Program-made: the position numbers and the translations under genes | Assembly (NCBI RefSeq): GCF_006345805.1 | Contig: NC_043012.1 | Coordinates: 29,512,001 to 29,576,000, forward strand | Source of the DNA: Octopus sinensis | Taxonomy: Eukaryota | Direction of reading: 5' to 3' | DNA: 64,000 nucleotides | Shown here: positions 1-11,829 of the stretch, piece after piece | How positions within the stretch are numbered: the stretch's first letter is position 1 | Layout: the number at the start of each line of letters is the position of its first letter | The notes under the pieces: generated by a model | Told to the model about the DNA's origin: nothing | The model's input: the letters and a program-made list of their open reading frames with translations, nothing else | The model's database searches: none

Positions 1-46
1 ACACGTGTGCTGTTCAAATCCGGTCCACTAAGAATTACCACCTTAC

Positions 47-225
47 TTTCTGGAAGAAGGAACAAGACTGATGTATCTACGGATTCCAACAGTCTTGTAA
101 TATTGCTGTTTTGAGTTCACCATTCTTGTATCCGGGTATAAATAACTGATGAAGATTAGTAGAACTGCTGTTGCTTCGAGTGAGAAGGATCCGGGTATCA
201 TCCGAGTCCATTGTGAAGGTCGCAT
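47..225 (-). CDS. Candidate first coding exon (exon 394-47, ATG at 225) of an unidentified secreted or membrane protein; gene continues left of the window
   Basis: Minus strand: acceptor ttcacaatctacag|G at 395/394, donor AAA|GTAAGG at 47/46. ORF MRPSQWTRMIPGSFSLEATAVLLIFISYLYPDTRMVNSKQQYYKTVGIRRYISLVPSSR runs to the donor and has a hydrophobic signal-like core. Unique, CpG-retaining sequence. No homology recognised. Confidence 0.5.
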
Positions 226-551
226 CACGGCCTTGTTTTGCCCTTAAAGGGGAGGCAGTTGTCGTCTGTCTGGCGACCATCACAAAAGCGGTTTTATGAG
301 GGATGAGATTGAAAGGACATAAGACATCAAGGTGAGGGAGAAAGGCAAATAGGGTACGGATATGAAAAAAAACGGACCAATTCTGAGCACGCACCTGTAG
401 ATTGTGAATAACAACCCGGAGAAGGCATTTGCATTAGTATGGAGAGTGATTGTAATTTTGTAGGGTTCCATGAGTAGCCTCGGAGTTGTCCCATTTTGGC
501 GAAAATCTGTAACTTGCTTTTTATTATTTCTCTTTTTTTTTCACAGGTTTT

Positions 552-554
<3 letters not shown>

Positions 555-627
<73 letters not shown>
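555..627. repeat. (TA)n microsatellite
   Basis: Pure TA run. Confidence 0.98.
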
Positions 628-630
<3 letters not shown>

Positions 631-742
631 CAACGGCAACGTCCTTTACCCATGAAGTAACAACCACTGTGGTTAATTAAGGAGTATTATTATTATTATT
701 ATTATTATTGATTATTATTATTATTATTATTATTATTAATAT

Positions 743-1230
743 TGAAACAAGCTCAGGTTTGGCTTATTCCTGGTAGGGTTTATGAAGGTAGCGGGGTTTA
801 CTACCTATAACCTTAGATATCCACAAGTTTTCGGCAGTCTTTCAAATGCTTAGGACCCTCCTGATAATAATCCTTGCTCTCCCTCCCTAAGAGGCAAAAT
901 TTCACGAGGAACCTACCGGAGTTCTATTTGAATCTCCTTCAGCCATTTGTCTCTGCCTTTGCTTACTCTTTCCAACCAACCAATTATTATAGGAACGACC
1001 TTAACTGTTTGCATGCCCTTTCTATGTCAAATTATTTCTATTTCAAATTTTTTATATTTCAAATTTTAAAGGATTGTATTTTCTTTCTTTTTCTTCCTCT
1101 TTCTTTGCGATCCTGGAATCAAAAGGGCATGATGGGTCGATAAGTAAGCAGCATCACTTTCCCTTTTCTATGATCGTAATATCTGGTCCATTGTTTTCTA
1201 CTTTCTTGTCTGTTTGAAGAGAAAACTCCC
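743..1230 (-). mobile_element. Degenerate 3' end of a Dong/R4-type LINE (restriction-like endonuclease region)
   Basis: Minus translation GEFSLQTDKKVENNGPDITIIEKGK..CLLIDPSCPFD..VKVVPIIIG resembles the RLE PD..D region; abuts a (TTA)n tract at 686-742. Confidence 0.75.
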
Positions 1231-1284
1231 CCGTCTCCCGTCCCCCTCCTCCCCTCCCCTCCTCTACCACCACCACCACCACCT

Positions 1285-1471
1285 CGATATTTCGTCTGTC
1301 GTTACGTTCTGAGTTCAAATTCCACTGAGGTCGACTTTGCTTTTCATCCTGTCGGGGTCGATAAATTAAGTACCAGTTACGCACTGGAGTCGATGTAATC
1401 GACTTAATCGCTTTGTCTGTCCTTGTTTGCTCCCTCTATGTTAAGCCCCTTGTGGGCAATAAAGAAATAAG
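1285..1471 (+). mobile_element. tRNA-derived SINE, family A (Nin/Deu-like central domain)
   Basis: B-box-like gagttcaaattcc followed by gaggtcgactttgcttttcatcctgtcggggtcgataaattaagtaccag; many copies in the window. Confidence 0.85.
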
Positions 1472-1472
1472 A

Positions 1473-1626
1473 ATTGTTAACACGCTGGATGAAATGTTTA
1501 GCGGTATTTCGCTCGTCGCTACGTTCTGAGTTCAAATTCCGCCGATGCCAATAAAATAAGTACCAGTTGAGAACTAAAGCGACTCATTCCCACCTCCCCC
1601 AAACTGCCCTTGTGGCGAAAATTTGA

Positions 1627-1627
<1 letters not shown>
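1473..1627 (+). mobile_element. SINE family A copy with internal deletion, followed by (TAA)n at 1627-1741
   Basis: gcggtatttcg..ctacgttctgagttcaaattccgccga..aaataagtaccag. Confidence 0.8.
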
Positions 1628-1676
<49 letters not shown>

Positions 1677-2237
1677 TAATAATAATAATAATAATAATGA
1701 TAATAATAATAATAATAATAATGATATTAGTATTATTATTACTACAAGTGGATATTCCGTTACATCCCTTAACGACCTGAACTCGTATCATGCCAAGTTC
1801 GACTTTGATAGTCATCCTTCGGCAATAAATATCAGTTAGCAGCTTGTGTCCAGCACAAGAGATTCTCCGATTGGTTTTGTCCCCCCAGCGTTTCCCTTCG
1901 CGATGTCCGTCAGCATTGGTGTATCCCTTGTGACTAATATAGTGTAAAATGGTTGAACACCAGAGAACATAGAATAAGCACGCATTGTTTGTTATGAATT
2001 TAATTTGACAAGTTCAAATTCCACCGTAGTCGATTTTATCTTCCATCCATCCTGAGACGATAAAATTGAGTACCAACCAAATGAAGTACCAATTAAAACA
2101 AGTATCAGTTAACTTGACTGTCTTCACCGCTAAAATTCTGCCTATGTAAGAAACCAATTTCAATTTGATTTAATATTCTTAATGAGATGGATTAACTCAG
2201 CTCTTTCTATTTAATAAGTAACTCAATTCGGTGGGGG

Positions 2238-2315
2238 GAGAAAGAGAGAGAGAGAGAAAGAGAGAGGGAGAGAGAAAGAGAGAGAGAAAGAGGGAGAGAA
2301 AGAGAGAGAGAGAAA

Positions 2316-2357
<42 letters not shown>
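2238..2357. repeat. (GA)n microsatellite
   Basis: Imperfect GA run. Confidence 0.95.
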
Positions 2358-3130
2358 CCCACATGGCATTTTCTGTTGCTGGTCTGGCAGTAGCAAAATG
2401 TCCCTTCATACATTTCTTAATCACACGCGTTGCACTTATTTCCTTGTGATCACTTTAAAATTCCAGCGATTTTACAAACCTCAAGTAGCCATGCAATTCT
2501 TCTAGCGTACTCTTAAAAGTACACGTACTCCACAGTGAAAACCGCTGCTTAAGCAGCTAGTCTTAAGAAATATTATCTCTCATGAATGGAATAACTCTAC
2601 TCAAAAACAATTTAACAAATGCCATTTCTACTATGGAACTGTCCACTGTCTTAGATACGCTATAATGTATGCCAGAATGGACGGTTCTGTATTAAAGGCA
2701 AAACATACAAAAAAATGGTCGATCGAAAACGTAAATGAACAACAGAAAGGAGAAGTGAAATTGTCCGAAGAAACAAGTTCACACAAAACGAATTGTAATA
2801 TTTTACTAAAAACATGGAATTGTGCCATGTAAAACGGATTTACTGGACTTCCTTTCCTTATTGTATTCCCACTACCGAAATCCACTGCCTTTTGCTTCTA
2901 GTATCTTTGAAAATAATGTCGAATTTACTAAGGTAACTTTGCCATTATTAAGCTGGAGTTTGAAACAAATTAACATGAAATTGCAACGAATGGTTTTAAT
3001 TAGATTACTGTAAAGGAGGAATTTAGTTTTGTTGAACTTAGGTCTTAGGAAGTTTGGTAGTCAAAGAATTAATCCGCAAAATCCCAATCTTCTAATACTA
3101 ATTATAATATCGTTATTTATTATTGAGCTG

Positions 3131-3348
3131 AAGGTGGCGAGCTGGCAGAGTCGTTAGCACGCTGGACGAAAAGCTTAGGGGTATTTTGCCTGTCACTACG
3201 TTCTGAGTTCAAATTCCACCGAGGTCGACTTTGCTTTTCATCCTTTCGGGGGTCGATAAATTAAGTACCAGTGAAACCCTGGGGTCAATATAATCGACCA
3301 GTCCCCTCCCAACAAATTTCAGGCCTTGTGCCTTTACTAGAAAGGAAT
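3131..3348 (+). mobile_element. Full-length SINE family A
   Basis: aaggtggcgagctggcagagtcgttagc head, B-box gagttcaaattcc, Nin/Deu-like core. Confidence 0.88.
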
Positions 3349-4295
3349 ATTATTATGGGGCGGTGGAATCGGGGAAACAACTCGTTGTTTGAAGACAAAA
3401 TTGAATTTGGCATTCAGTTATGTCCCTTTACATTAAATTCTTGCCAGGTTCTACTTGACCTTTAATCAAGGGCAGTTTTGGGCGGTTTGGTAGCAAAAGG
3501 TTCTCTAGAACGAGAAAATAAACACTTCCAAATATATTCAATCGACTTTACCCTTTCATGACAACGTTCGAAAACTGTGCTATTGAATTTTAAGTCACTC
3601 AATAAAGTTAAAAGAGAGAGAGAAAAAAAAACCGTCGAGTGCAAGGTAGGCAACTCTTACACGACTCTCACCTTAACAGTTCCAAATGAACACAAAAATA
3701 CAAGTCATGTGAGAGAATCAAAATTAAGTGCTTTTCTTCTTTCTTTTTCAGGTGAATTATGGATGTGGTGTTTCAAATAATGCAGCAAGGTATCGTGTGC
3801 GCGTGCGTACACACACACACACACACACACATGTAGATATGCACGAATGACTAACATACACACACTCACATGTACAAACCGATACACACATGCATAAACA
3901 TGTGTGTATGAATGAACACGTACACACACGTATATTCAGAAACACACACACACACACAACACCTATTTCGACGAGCGAAATCCCTGTGGAGTGGTTCGAT
4001 CCAGGAGACAGGATGGCCATGGTTGTGTTGCATACGATCACAGGTCAGCTTGTCACTCAATAGAGATAGTAGTTAAGTCCTCCTCAAATCACATCCAACC
4101 GTCTTTAAAAAGACAGGACGTTCGTGGCTCCAATGTATTTGATCATAGCACAGCTCCAGCTCAACTCGGGGCTAAATACCACGACGATGACGACGACGAC
4201 GACCACCACCACCACCACCACTACGTATTGATCGATGTATTGATCGCTAATTGATCGCGGTATTGCGTCGTCTTTCGATATTTCTTTATCCGGAC

Positions 4296-4452
4296 CAGGT
4301 CATGGCTGCGCGGTTAAGAAATTCGTTTCCTAATTACTGAATTCCGGATTTCCCTGCGCAGCATATTGGGCAAGTGCGTTCTACCGTGCCGCGGCTTTAC
4401 AAATGTTTTGTGAACGAAATTTGGTGGACGGAAACTGCTGAGAAGCTCGTCG
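4296..4452 (+). mobile_element. Degenerate SINE family B (CORE-like) 5' part
   Basis: caggtcatggctgcgcggttaagaa..ttgggcaagtg..tttggtggacggaaactg, homologous to 22995-23390. Confidence 0.65.
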
Positions 4453-4785
4453 GATTGGATCGTTTCTATTTTAAGATGGGCTGCGTTAATACGCCGCAAC
4501 AGTTGAACGCACAACCACCCGGCCATCCTAGAGCAAGGAATTCCCTTTGTTCCAAAACATTCAAACCATGTCTCAGGTCTCAAAATAACCCTCTTCGTCT
4601 CATCCATCAGCCTTGTGGACCCTAAAAAGGATCAAAGGCATTGTACTTCTTCCTCTGACTAAGCCGGTATACGTTAGCCCTTTTCCGCCCAAGCCCTACT
4701 TCGATTTTCCTGAATGAAAAAAAAAAAGACGAAATAGAAAAAGAAAAGGAGAAGGGCCACGAAAACATTTTGTATTTAGCATCGT

Positions 4786-5070
4786 ATTTGATTCCTAGGC
4801 CGAGCTGTGTGGTGTTCTTGAGTAAGACACTTTATTTCCCGTCGCTCCAGTTCACTCAGCTGTAGAAATGAGTTGCGACGTCACTGGTGTCAAGCTGTAT
4901 CGGCCCCTTTTGCCTTTCCCTTGGATAACACGGTTGGCGTGGAGAGGGGAGGCTGGTATGCATGGGCGACTGCTGGTCTTCCATAAACAACCTTGTCTGT
5001 ACTTGTGCTTTAGCGGTGAACTTTCTAGGGGCAATACCGTAGTCGTTCATGACCTAAGGGCGTCTTTAAC
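4786..5070 (+). mobile_element. SINE with V/Meta-like central domain
   Basis: gtgttcttgagtaagacactttatttc..ctccagttcactcagctg..aaatgagt; related sequence at 42322-42570. Confidence 0.6.
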
Positions 5071-5207
5071 CTTTACTATTTGTATTGTCAAAGCAAAAGA
5101 TTTAAATCCAATAATCCCCAAAGCAACGAAAATCCTGTCACACTTTGTGCCTATCTAACAAAAGAGAAACACCTACAGGTTTTTTTACAAAGTTCTTTAT
5201 ATATATA

Positions 5208-5839
5208 TCATATGTATAAATGGCAATTTATGTCTGTCTGTCTGTTACCATCTTACTGCCTAAACCAGCGAATCAATTTCCGCAAAATTTTGCATACAAG
5301 TTAAACTAATATCCAGTTCAATAATAGACTGATTGAATTTCAATGAAACTCGATAATGAGCACCCTAGGGGATATGGCCGAATTCTATGAAAAATGAGAA
5401 GGGTGCAACGAGTATTAGTCTGAGGGAAATGTAGTAGCATAAATAAGTGTGACTGATATCAAGAAAGAGGAGAACAACGTCGTGTAAGCGACAAATATGG
5501 AATGGCAATGGGATGTAAATGTTAGTACAGCTGTCATATATACGCAACGCTGTATACATACTTTCGTAAATACACACACATACACACACACTGCACTGCA
5601 CACACACATACACATAAGTAACTTTTAAAACGTCGAGGAAGGGAGAGAAAGATGGGTGTGAGGAATACGTAGCTTTAAGAAGAGAGGGTGTAGGTGTCTT
5701 TTCTGCTGTCCATTGGAAAGAAACACTTACACACACGCAATACAAACACATGCATACATATATACACATACATACGTACATAGATACGTACATACACATG
5801 TCTACTATACACCATTGTTTGTAAATGTGTGTGCGTGTG

Positions 5840-5877
<38 letters not shown>

Positions 5878-6515
5878 TGTGTGTGTCACGTCCTATAACT
5901 GTTTGTCTCTCTACTATCATAGGGTCTTCCCTGCTGCTATCACTTATTTTCAAATTTGGTATATTGGAATAATTTTGCACTTTAAATCCGATTTGGTTAT
6001 TTAGTTGCTCCAGAAAAGTTGCAGAAAAATATTACTGAGGTTTAAAGTTTAATCAATTCTTCCTAATCAGAAAACAAGATTTGGAAGCTGGCATTTTCTG
6101 CATGACAACTGCATGATAGCTGTCTATCACAAAATGAATGCAAAATCATTACGAGGAGGAAATTTTATTAAACAAAAGCAAAGCTTTACGACAAGCGAAG
6201 TTGTAAGAACTTCTGAAGTTTCAATAAGTTTTAATGAATGAAATCACGTGAAATGGTCGAACAGACATGAATGAAGTCACGTGAAATGGTCGAACAGACA
6301 TGAATGAAGTCACGTGAAATGGTCGAACAGACATGGAAATAATTTAAAAAGGAGAAAAATTCTCAACGAAGTTTTTTTTGCGAAAAATTGCACAAATCTG
6401 TCCTAATCAAGAGAGTTTTCTATCGGGGAAGGCATGGTAGGCATGGAATAAACAAAAATGTATATAAGACATTCTGTTGTAAAAATTGCCCGGCAACGAC
6501 GGGCTATTCAGCTAG
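5208..6515 (+). mobile_element. Non-autonomous Helitron-type element with internal microsatellites
   Basis: A|TC start at 5207/5208 followed by (TCTG)n; subterminal hairpin GCCCGGCAACGACGGGC at 6488-6504 and terminal CTAG|T at 6512-6516. Joining both ends into one element is inferred. Confidence 0.65.
6234..6335 (+). repeat. 33-bp tandem repeat x3, each unit containing TCACGTGA
   Basis: Unit atgaatgaa(a/g)tcacgtgaaatggtcgaacagac at 6234, 6267, 6300. Confidence 0.97.
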
Positions 6516-6521
6516 TGCATG

Positions 6522-6560
<39 letters not shown>

Positions 6561-6653
6561 GCATATATATATGCATATATATATATGCATATATATATAT
6601 ATATACACACATACATATATATATACACTAGCTGAATATATATATATATATGT

Positions 6654-7951
6654 ATCATCATCATCATCATCATCATTATCCTCGTTTAACGTCCATTGTC
6701 CATGCTAGCATGGGTTGCACGGTTCGACTGGGATCTGGGAAGCCAGGAGTCTGCACCAGGCTCCAGTCTGATCTGGCAGTGTTTTTTCAGCTGGATGCCC
6801 TTCCTAACGCCAACAACTCCGTGAGTGTTGTGGGTGCTTTTTACGTGCCACTGGCATGGGTATCACAACTACAATTTCCATTCGATTTTTATTTTGATCT
6901 TGATGTACTTGACTCAATAGGTCTCCTCAAGCACAGCAGGTCGCCCTACGATCCAAGGAAAGCACAGCAGGCTGTTCTGCGAGCCATGAACTCACTTCAT
7001 TTGTCGGGTCTTCCAAGTCACAGCATATCTCCGGAGGTCTCGGACTTTCGTCATTGCCTCTGTGAGGCCCAATGTTCGAAGATCATGCTTGACCACCTCA
7101 TCCCATGTCTTCCTGGTTCTACCTCTACCTCGGATTCCTTCAACTGTTTGGGAGTGGCACTTCTTCACACATCTCTCCTCATCCATCCGTAGTACATTAC
7201 CATACCAATGCAAACGTCTCTCCTGCACGCCACATCCGATGCTTCATATGGCCAACATTTCTCTCAGGGCGCTTATACTCTGTCGTGCGTGCACACTGAC
7301 ATAACACTACCAGCGGATCATGCTAGCTTCATTTCCTTCAAGCCTACGCATGTCCTCCGCAGTCACAGCCCATGTTTCACTGCCGTGAAGCATGGCGGTT
7401 CGCACACATGCGTTGTACAATCTACCTTTCATTCTGAGCGAGAGACCCTTTGTCACCAGTACGGGTAGAAGCTTTCTAAACTTTGCCCTAGCTATTCTTA
7501 TTCTAGTGGTAACACTCTCTGAGCATCCATCCCCACTACTAACTTGGTCACCTAGGTAGCGGAAGCTATCAACTACTTCTAGTTTTTCTCCCTGGAGTTT
7601 GATGGAGTCTGTTTTCTGAGTATCTGTGGTGTATATTGCCCCTGTGCATCTGCCGCACATGAAAGCTATCTTCTCGGTTAATTTTCCTTTGATGTTGCTG
7701 CACCTCTTAATTGTCCATAGCTTACACTGGGTACATCTTATGGAGTTTCTACCTACACCTTTTTTACAGATCGAGTAGGGCCACCTACCTGAGGGTGTGT
7801 ATGATGAGTTCGCCTTCCTACTTACTAGAACTTTGGTCTTTGCTACATTGACTCTAAAGCTATTTGATTCTAAACCTTACTTCCACACCTAAAATTTCTT
7901 TCCTAGTTCCGGTAGTGATTCTGCTACGAGGGCCAGGTCATCAGCATAGAG
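6654..7951 (-). mobile_element. 5'-truncated RTE-clade LINE (RT C-terminal part, 3' UTR, (GAT)n tail)
   Basis: LYADDL at ~7933-7951; FRYLGD, LHGSETW, RRLHWYGNVLRM and GRGRTRKTW motifs typical of RTE; frameshifted; CAT-repeat tail at 6654-6676. Confidence 0.95.
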
Positions 7952-7957
7952 TGTATG

Positions 7958-8013
<56 letters not shown>

Positions 8014-9179
8014 TACACACACACACACATATGTGGTATTATTCATACAAGAAGTGGTGGAGTGGAGTGGAGTGATAAGAATAAAATAAAGCGTACTCAT
8101 TACAAGTAGTAAATAAATATAAATATATGTTGTTAGTGTTCACATCTTTCCTTTGTAGTCGTTACTGTTGGCGCTAGAGGTTCATAATAATTCCGTTACT
8201 ATATTTTCCAAGCCTTCATGTTGTACAACAATATAAGGAACGCCTATTTGGCGACACAAAATGTTAAGTTATATATACATTCACACACACACACGCAATC
8301 CGACACGCACACACACACATACACACATACATATATGTAGCTATATTTACATACACAATATATACATGTATATATACATACAAGCATACATACATATACA
8401 TTATATATATATATATATATTAATATATATATATATATATATAGTATCATTCATACATACATACATATGCATACCACACACACGCGCTAAGTATATACAT
8501 GTATGCATATATATATAAATGCAATAAACATAAGCATATTCACATATATTTGTATGTATATGTGTGTGTATGTATGTGTGTGTAATTTTTTATACGCACT
8601 TATATATATATTCATATACTTGTACAGGTATATATACATAGACACACACATATACCTATATATATATAAATATGCTTATGTAATATATATAAAATAATAT
8701 ATATATATACATATATTTAAGCACGCATACATATGTATTTATACATGTTAGCGCATGGGGGAGGGGTATGTATGTGTTTGCGCGAGCGCGTGTTTGTACA
8801 TGCGTGTGTGTGTGTGTGTGTGTGGTGTGCAAAGGTATTGATAAAAAATAAAATCCTAAGTACACCATATTCTATATTTACATTCCAGTCTTTGGAAACA
8901 TGAAAAAAAAAAAAACAAAAAAACAACAAAAAAAAACGAAACAAGAAACACAACTTCATAGCATTCATCATCGTTTATTTCTTTTATTGTATTTTAAAAT
9001 TATTATTTTCATTTCATCCTTCTTCCTCTGCCCCATCAACATCCATTATTTCCAAACTCCATTCGATCATCATCATCGTCATCATCACCATCATCATCAC
9101 ACTGTTCTTAATGAATAATTTCGATTTCCTTTGTTTTTAAAAAAACAAACAAACCACGAGGAAATTCTTTGATATTTTG

Positions 9180-9310
9180 TTTCGTTCCATTCCACATTGG
9201 CATGGGATTGCCGTCCATATTTCAATATTGACTAACATGCCAGTTTCCGTCATGACGACACAGAATCAACCGGAAGCCACACCGAAACAACACGCCATAT
9301 TTGTTTTATG
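9180..9310. promoter_or_regulatory. Promoter-like segment
   Basis: Unique CpG-retaining DNA with palindrome CGTCATGACG, ETS-type CCGGAAG and YY1-type CGCCATATTT within about 60 bp, just left of the CpG-depletion boundary. Confidence 0.45.
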
Positions 9311-9782
9311 ATTTTGTGTTATTTTATAAAATAGATTTGTTTTTACGAATTCCTTTTTCAAAAATCGTCTTTTTTTTCTCTCCAAATGTCTAATCAAGTA
9401 TTTGATTTTGCCGTTTTCTTCAAAAGTTTCTGGCTATTATTGTTGTCCTTCGTATTTATGTTGTGGGTCATGTTAGTCATGCTGTTGTTGTTGTTGTTGT
9501 TGTTGACACTGCTGTCATTCTGCTTTGCTTGGCCTTGTTGTTATTGGTAGTTTGGGCGTGTTTTTATATATTTATTTGTTTATTTATATATTGCTATCAT
9601 TACTTTACATGAAGATGGGACTAGCTTGTGACAGATATTAATAGGCAAAATGGGAAACAGTAAAGCCACACACACACACACACACTTACACACACACATA
9701 AGCGTGAACACTCTCTCACACACAACATATATATAAATGCACACAATACATATATACGTAGATACACATATGTATGAATATA

Positions 9783-9851
<69 letters not shown>

Positions 9852-9858
9852 TATATCT

Positions 9859-9909
<51 letters not shown>

Positions 9910-9917
9910 TTATATAT

Positions 9918-10120
9918 AGTTAATCCAAACATGAAAACACAACAACGTGAGGATGTGGAACCAATATAGTATTATTGGACGCTCAGGAAAGAAGGAAAGA
10001 AGGAGGATTTTACGTTTCGAGCGGAGCTCTCCGTCGGAAACATAGGAGAAGGAAAGATCCAAAGAAGGGAAGACAGAGGAACAAAAATCGCCAACGGTAC
10101 ACACGCGGTCACATTTTGAA
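9918..10120 (-). mobile_element. Short Penelope-type (pLTR-like) element with degenerate hammerhead-like motif, embedded in (TA)n
   Basis: Minus strand 10040-10008: ttt CCGACGG A GAGC tcc GCTC GAAA CG TA aaa. Confidence 0.65.
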
Positions 10121-10127
10121 TGTATAT

Positions 10128-10160
<33 letters not shown>

Positions 10161-10229
10161 CATGTATATATCATTATGTGCGTGCATGTGTGTTTACACA
10201 CATACATGCATACATACATACAAATACAC

Positions 10230-10329
10230 NNNNNNNNNNNNNNNNNNNNNNNNNNNNNNNNNNNNNNNNNNNNNNNNNNNNNNNNNNNNNNNNNNNNNNN
10301 NNNNNNNNNNNNNNNNNNNNNNNNNNNNN
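10230..10329. other. Assembly gap
   Basis: 100 N. Confidence 1.
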
Positions 10330-10542
10330 ATATGTATACATATATATATATGTATATGTATATATATGTATATGTATACTATTATATACATATATATACA
10401 AATATATGTATATATATATGTATATATATATATATACATACATATTTATATATATGTATATATATATATACATGCATATGTATATATATGTATATATATA
10501 TACATGCATATGTATATATATGTATATGTATATATATATATG

Positions 10543-10781
10543 TAAACGTTAAAAAAAAACACAAACTGGGACAAGAACATGAAACATTTTGAAGACGACA
10601 AAAAAACACACAGACGGGACTTTCGAATCTCTCAGTCATCAGTCAAGAACCAGATCATCTTCGCAATTTCGGCTGATTAATCTTGAGATTGCTCCAATCT
10701 GGGCAGCCCGCCAAGGGAAATCTAAGCCAGTCGCATTAGATTCCTTGGAAGAAAACCTCGAAAGTATACAACACGGTGATA
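10543..10781 (-). mobile_element. Short Penelope-type element with hammerhead-like core, embedded in (TA)n
   Basis: Minus strand 10646-10615: ttga CTGATGA ctgagagattc GAAA GTC ccg; flanked both sides by TA arrays. Confidence 0.6.
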
Positions 10782-11441
10782 CATACATATGTATATATAT
10801 ATACATACATATGTATATATACATATATATGTATATATATGTATATATACATATATATGTATATATATGTATATATATATACATACATATGTATATATAT
10901 GTATATATATATACATACATATGTATATATATGTATATATATATACATATGTATATATATGTATATATACATACATATATATATATATGTATATATATAT
11001 ACACATACATATGTATATATATGTATATATATATACATACATATGTATATATATGTTATATATATACATACATATGTATATATATGTTTATATATATACA
11101 TACATATGTACATATGTATATATATATGTTTATATATATATGTATATATATGTTTATATATATATGTATATGTATGTTTATATATATACATACATATGTA
11201 TATATTTATGTTTATATATATATATGTATATATATGTTTATATATATATATGTATATATATATACAAGCATGCATATGTACATATGTATATATATGTTTA
11301 TATATATATACATACATATGTATATATATATGTATATATATATATATACATACATATGTATATATATATGTATATATATATATACATACATATGTATATA
11401 TATATGTATATATATATATACATACATATGTATATATATAT
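10782..11441. repeat. Long compound (TA)/(TATG)/(TACA) microsatellite
   Basis: Directly visible. Confidence 0.97.
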
Positions 11442-11829
11442 GAAGTTGTGTGTATTCATTGTGTGTGCATTTCAACACTGTTTATGTCTAGACTTATGTG
11501 TGTATTTATGTGTAGTTGTGCGTGTGTGTATACGTATGTGTATTATGTAGTTGTTATGTTTGGTTCCATGTGTGTCCTCAACTGAAAGGAGGGGTATTTG
11601 TCTGTTTGCCACAGTGACTGATCCTTAGACACACAGACTCTGTACATCTGAGGGGTCGGACACATTCTGTGCCTATGAAACTTTGAGTAATGTGGAGCTG
11701 AATCGACCTGTTTTTAAATATTTACAAATCCAACTGAATGTGTCGATTCCAACTTTTTGTCTATTGTTCACCTATTCATCATCATCATCATTTAATGTCC
11801 CCCTTTCTGTGCTTGTATGAGTTGTATGT

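Noticed and set aside
77-394. 105-aa minus ORF
   Set aside because: Starts at GTG exactly at the splice acceptor and stops before the donor; the ATG-225 frame fits the exon better.
6234-6335. CRISPR-like array
   Set aside because: Contiguous tandem units with no spacers, in a eukaryotic context with no cas genes; same for 54904-55111.
10589-11585. Long Y/I/M/C-rich ORFs (up to 284 aa), also 17927-18790
   Set aside because: Translations of TA/TATG microsatellites, which lack stop codons by composition.
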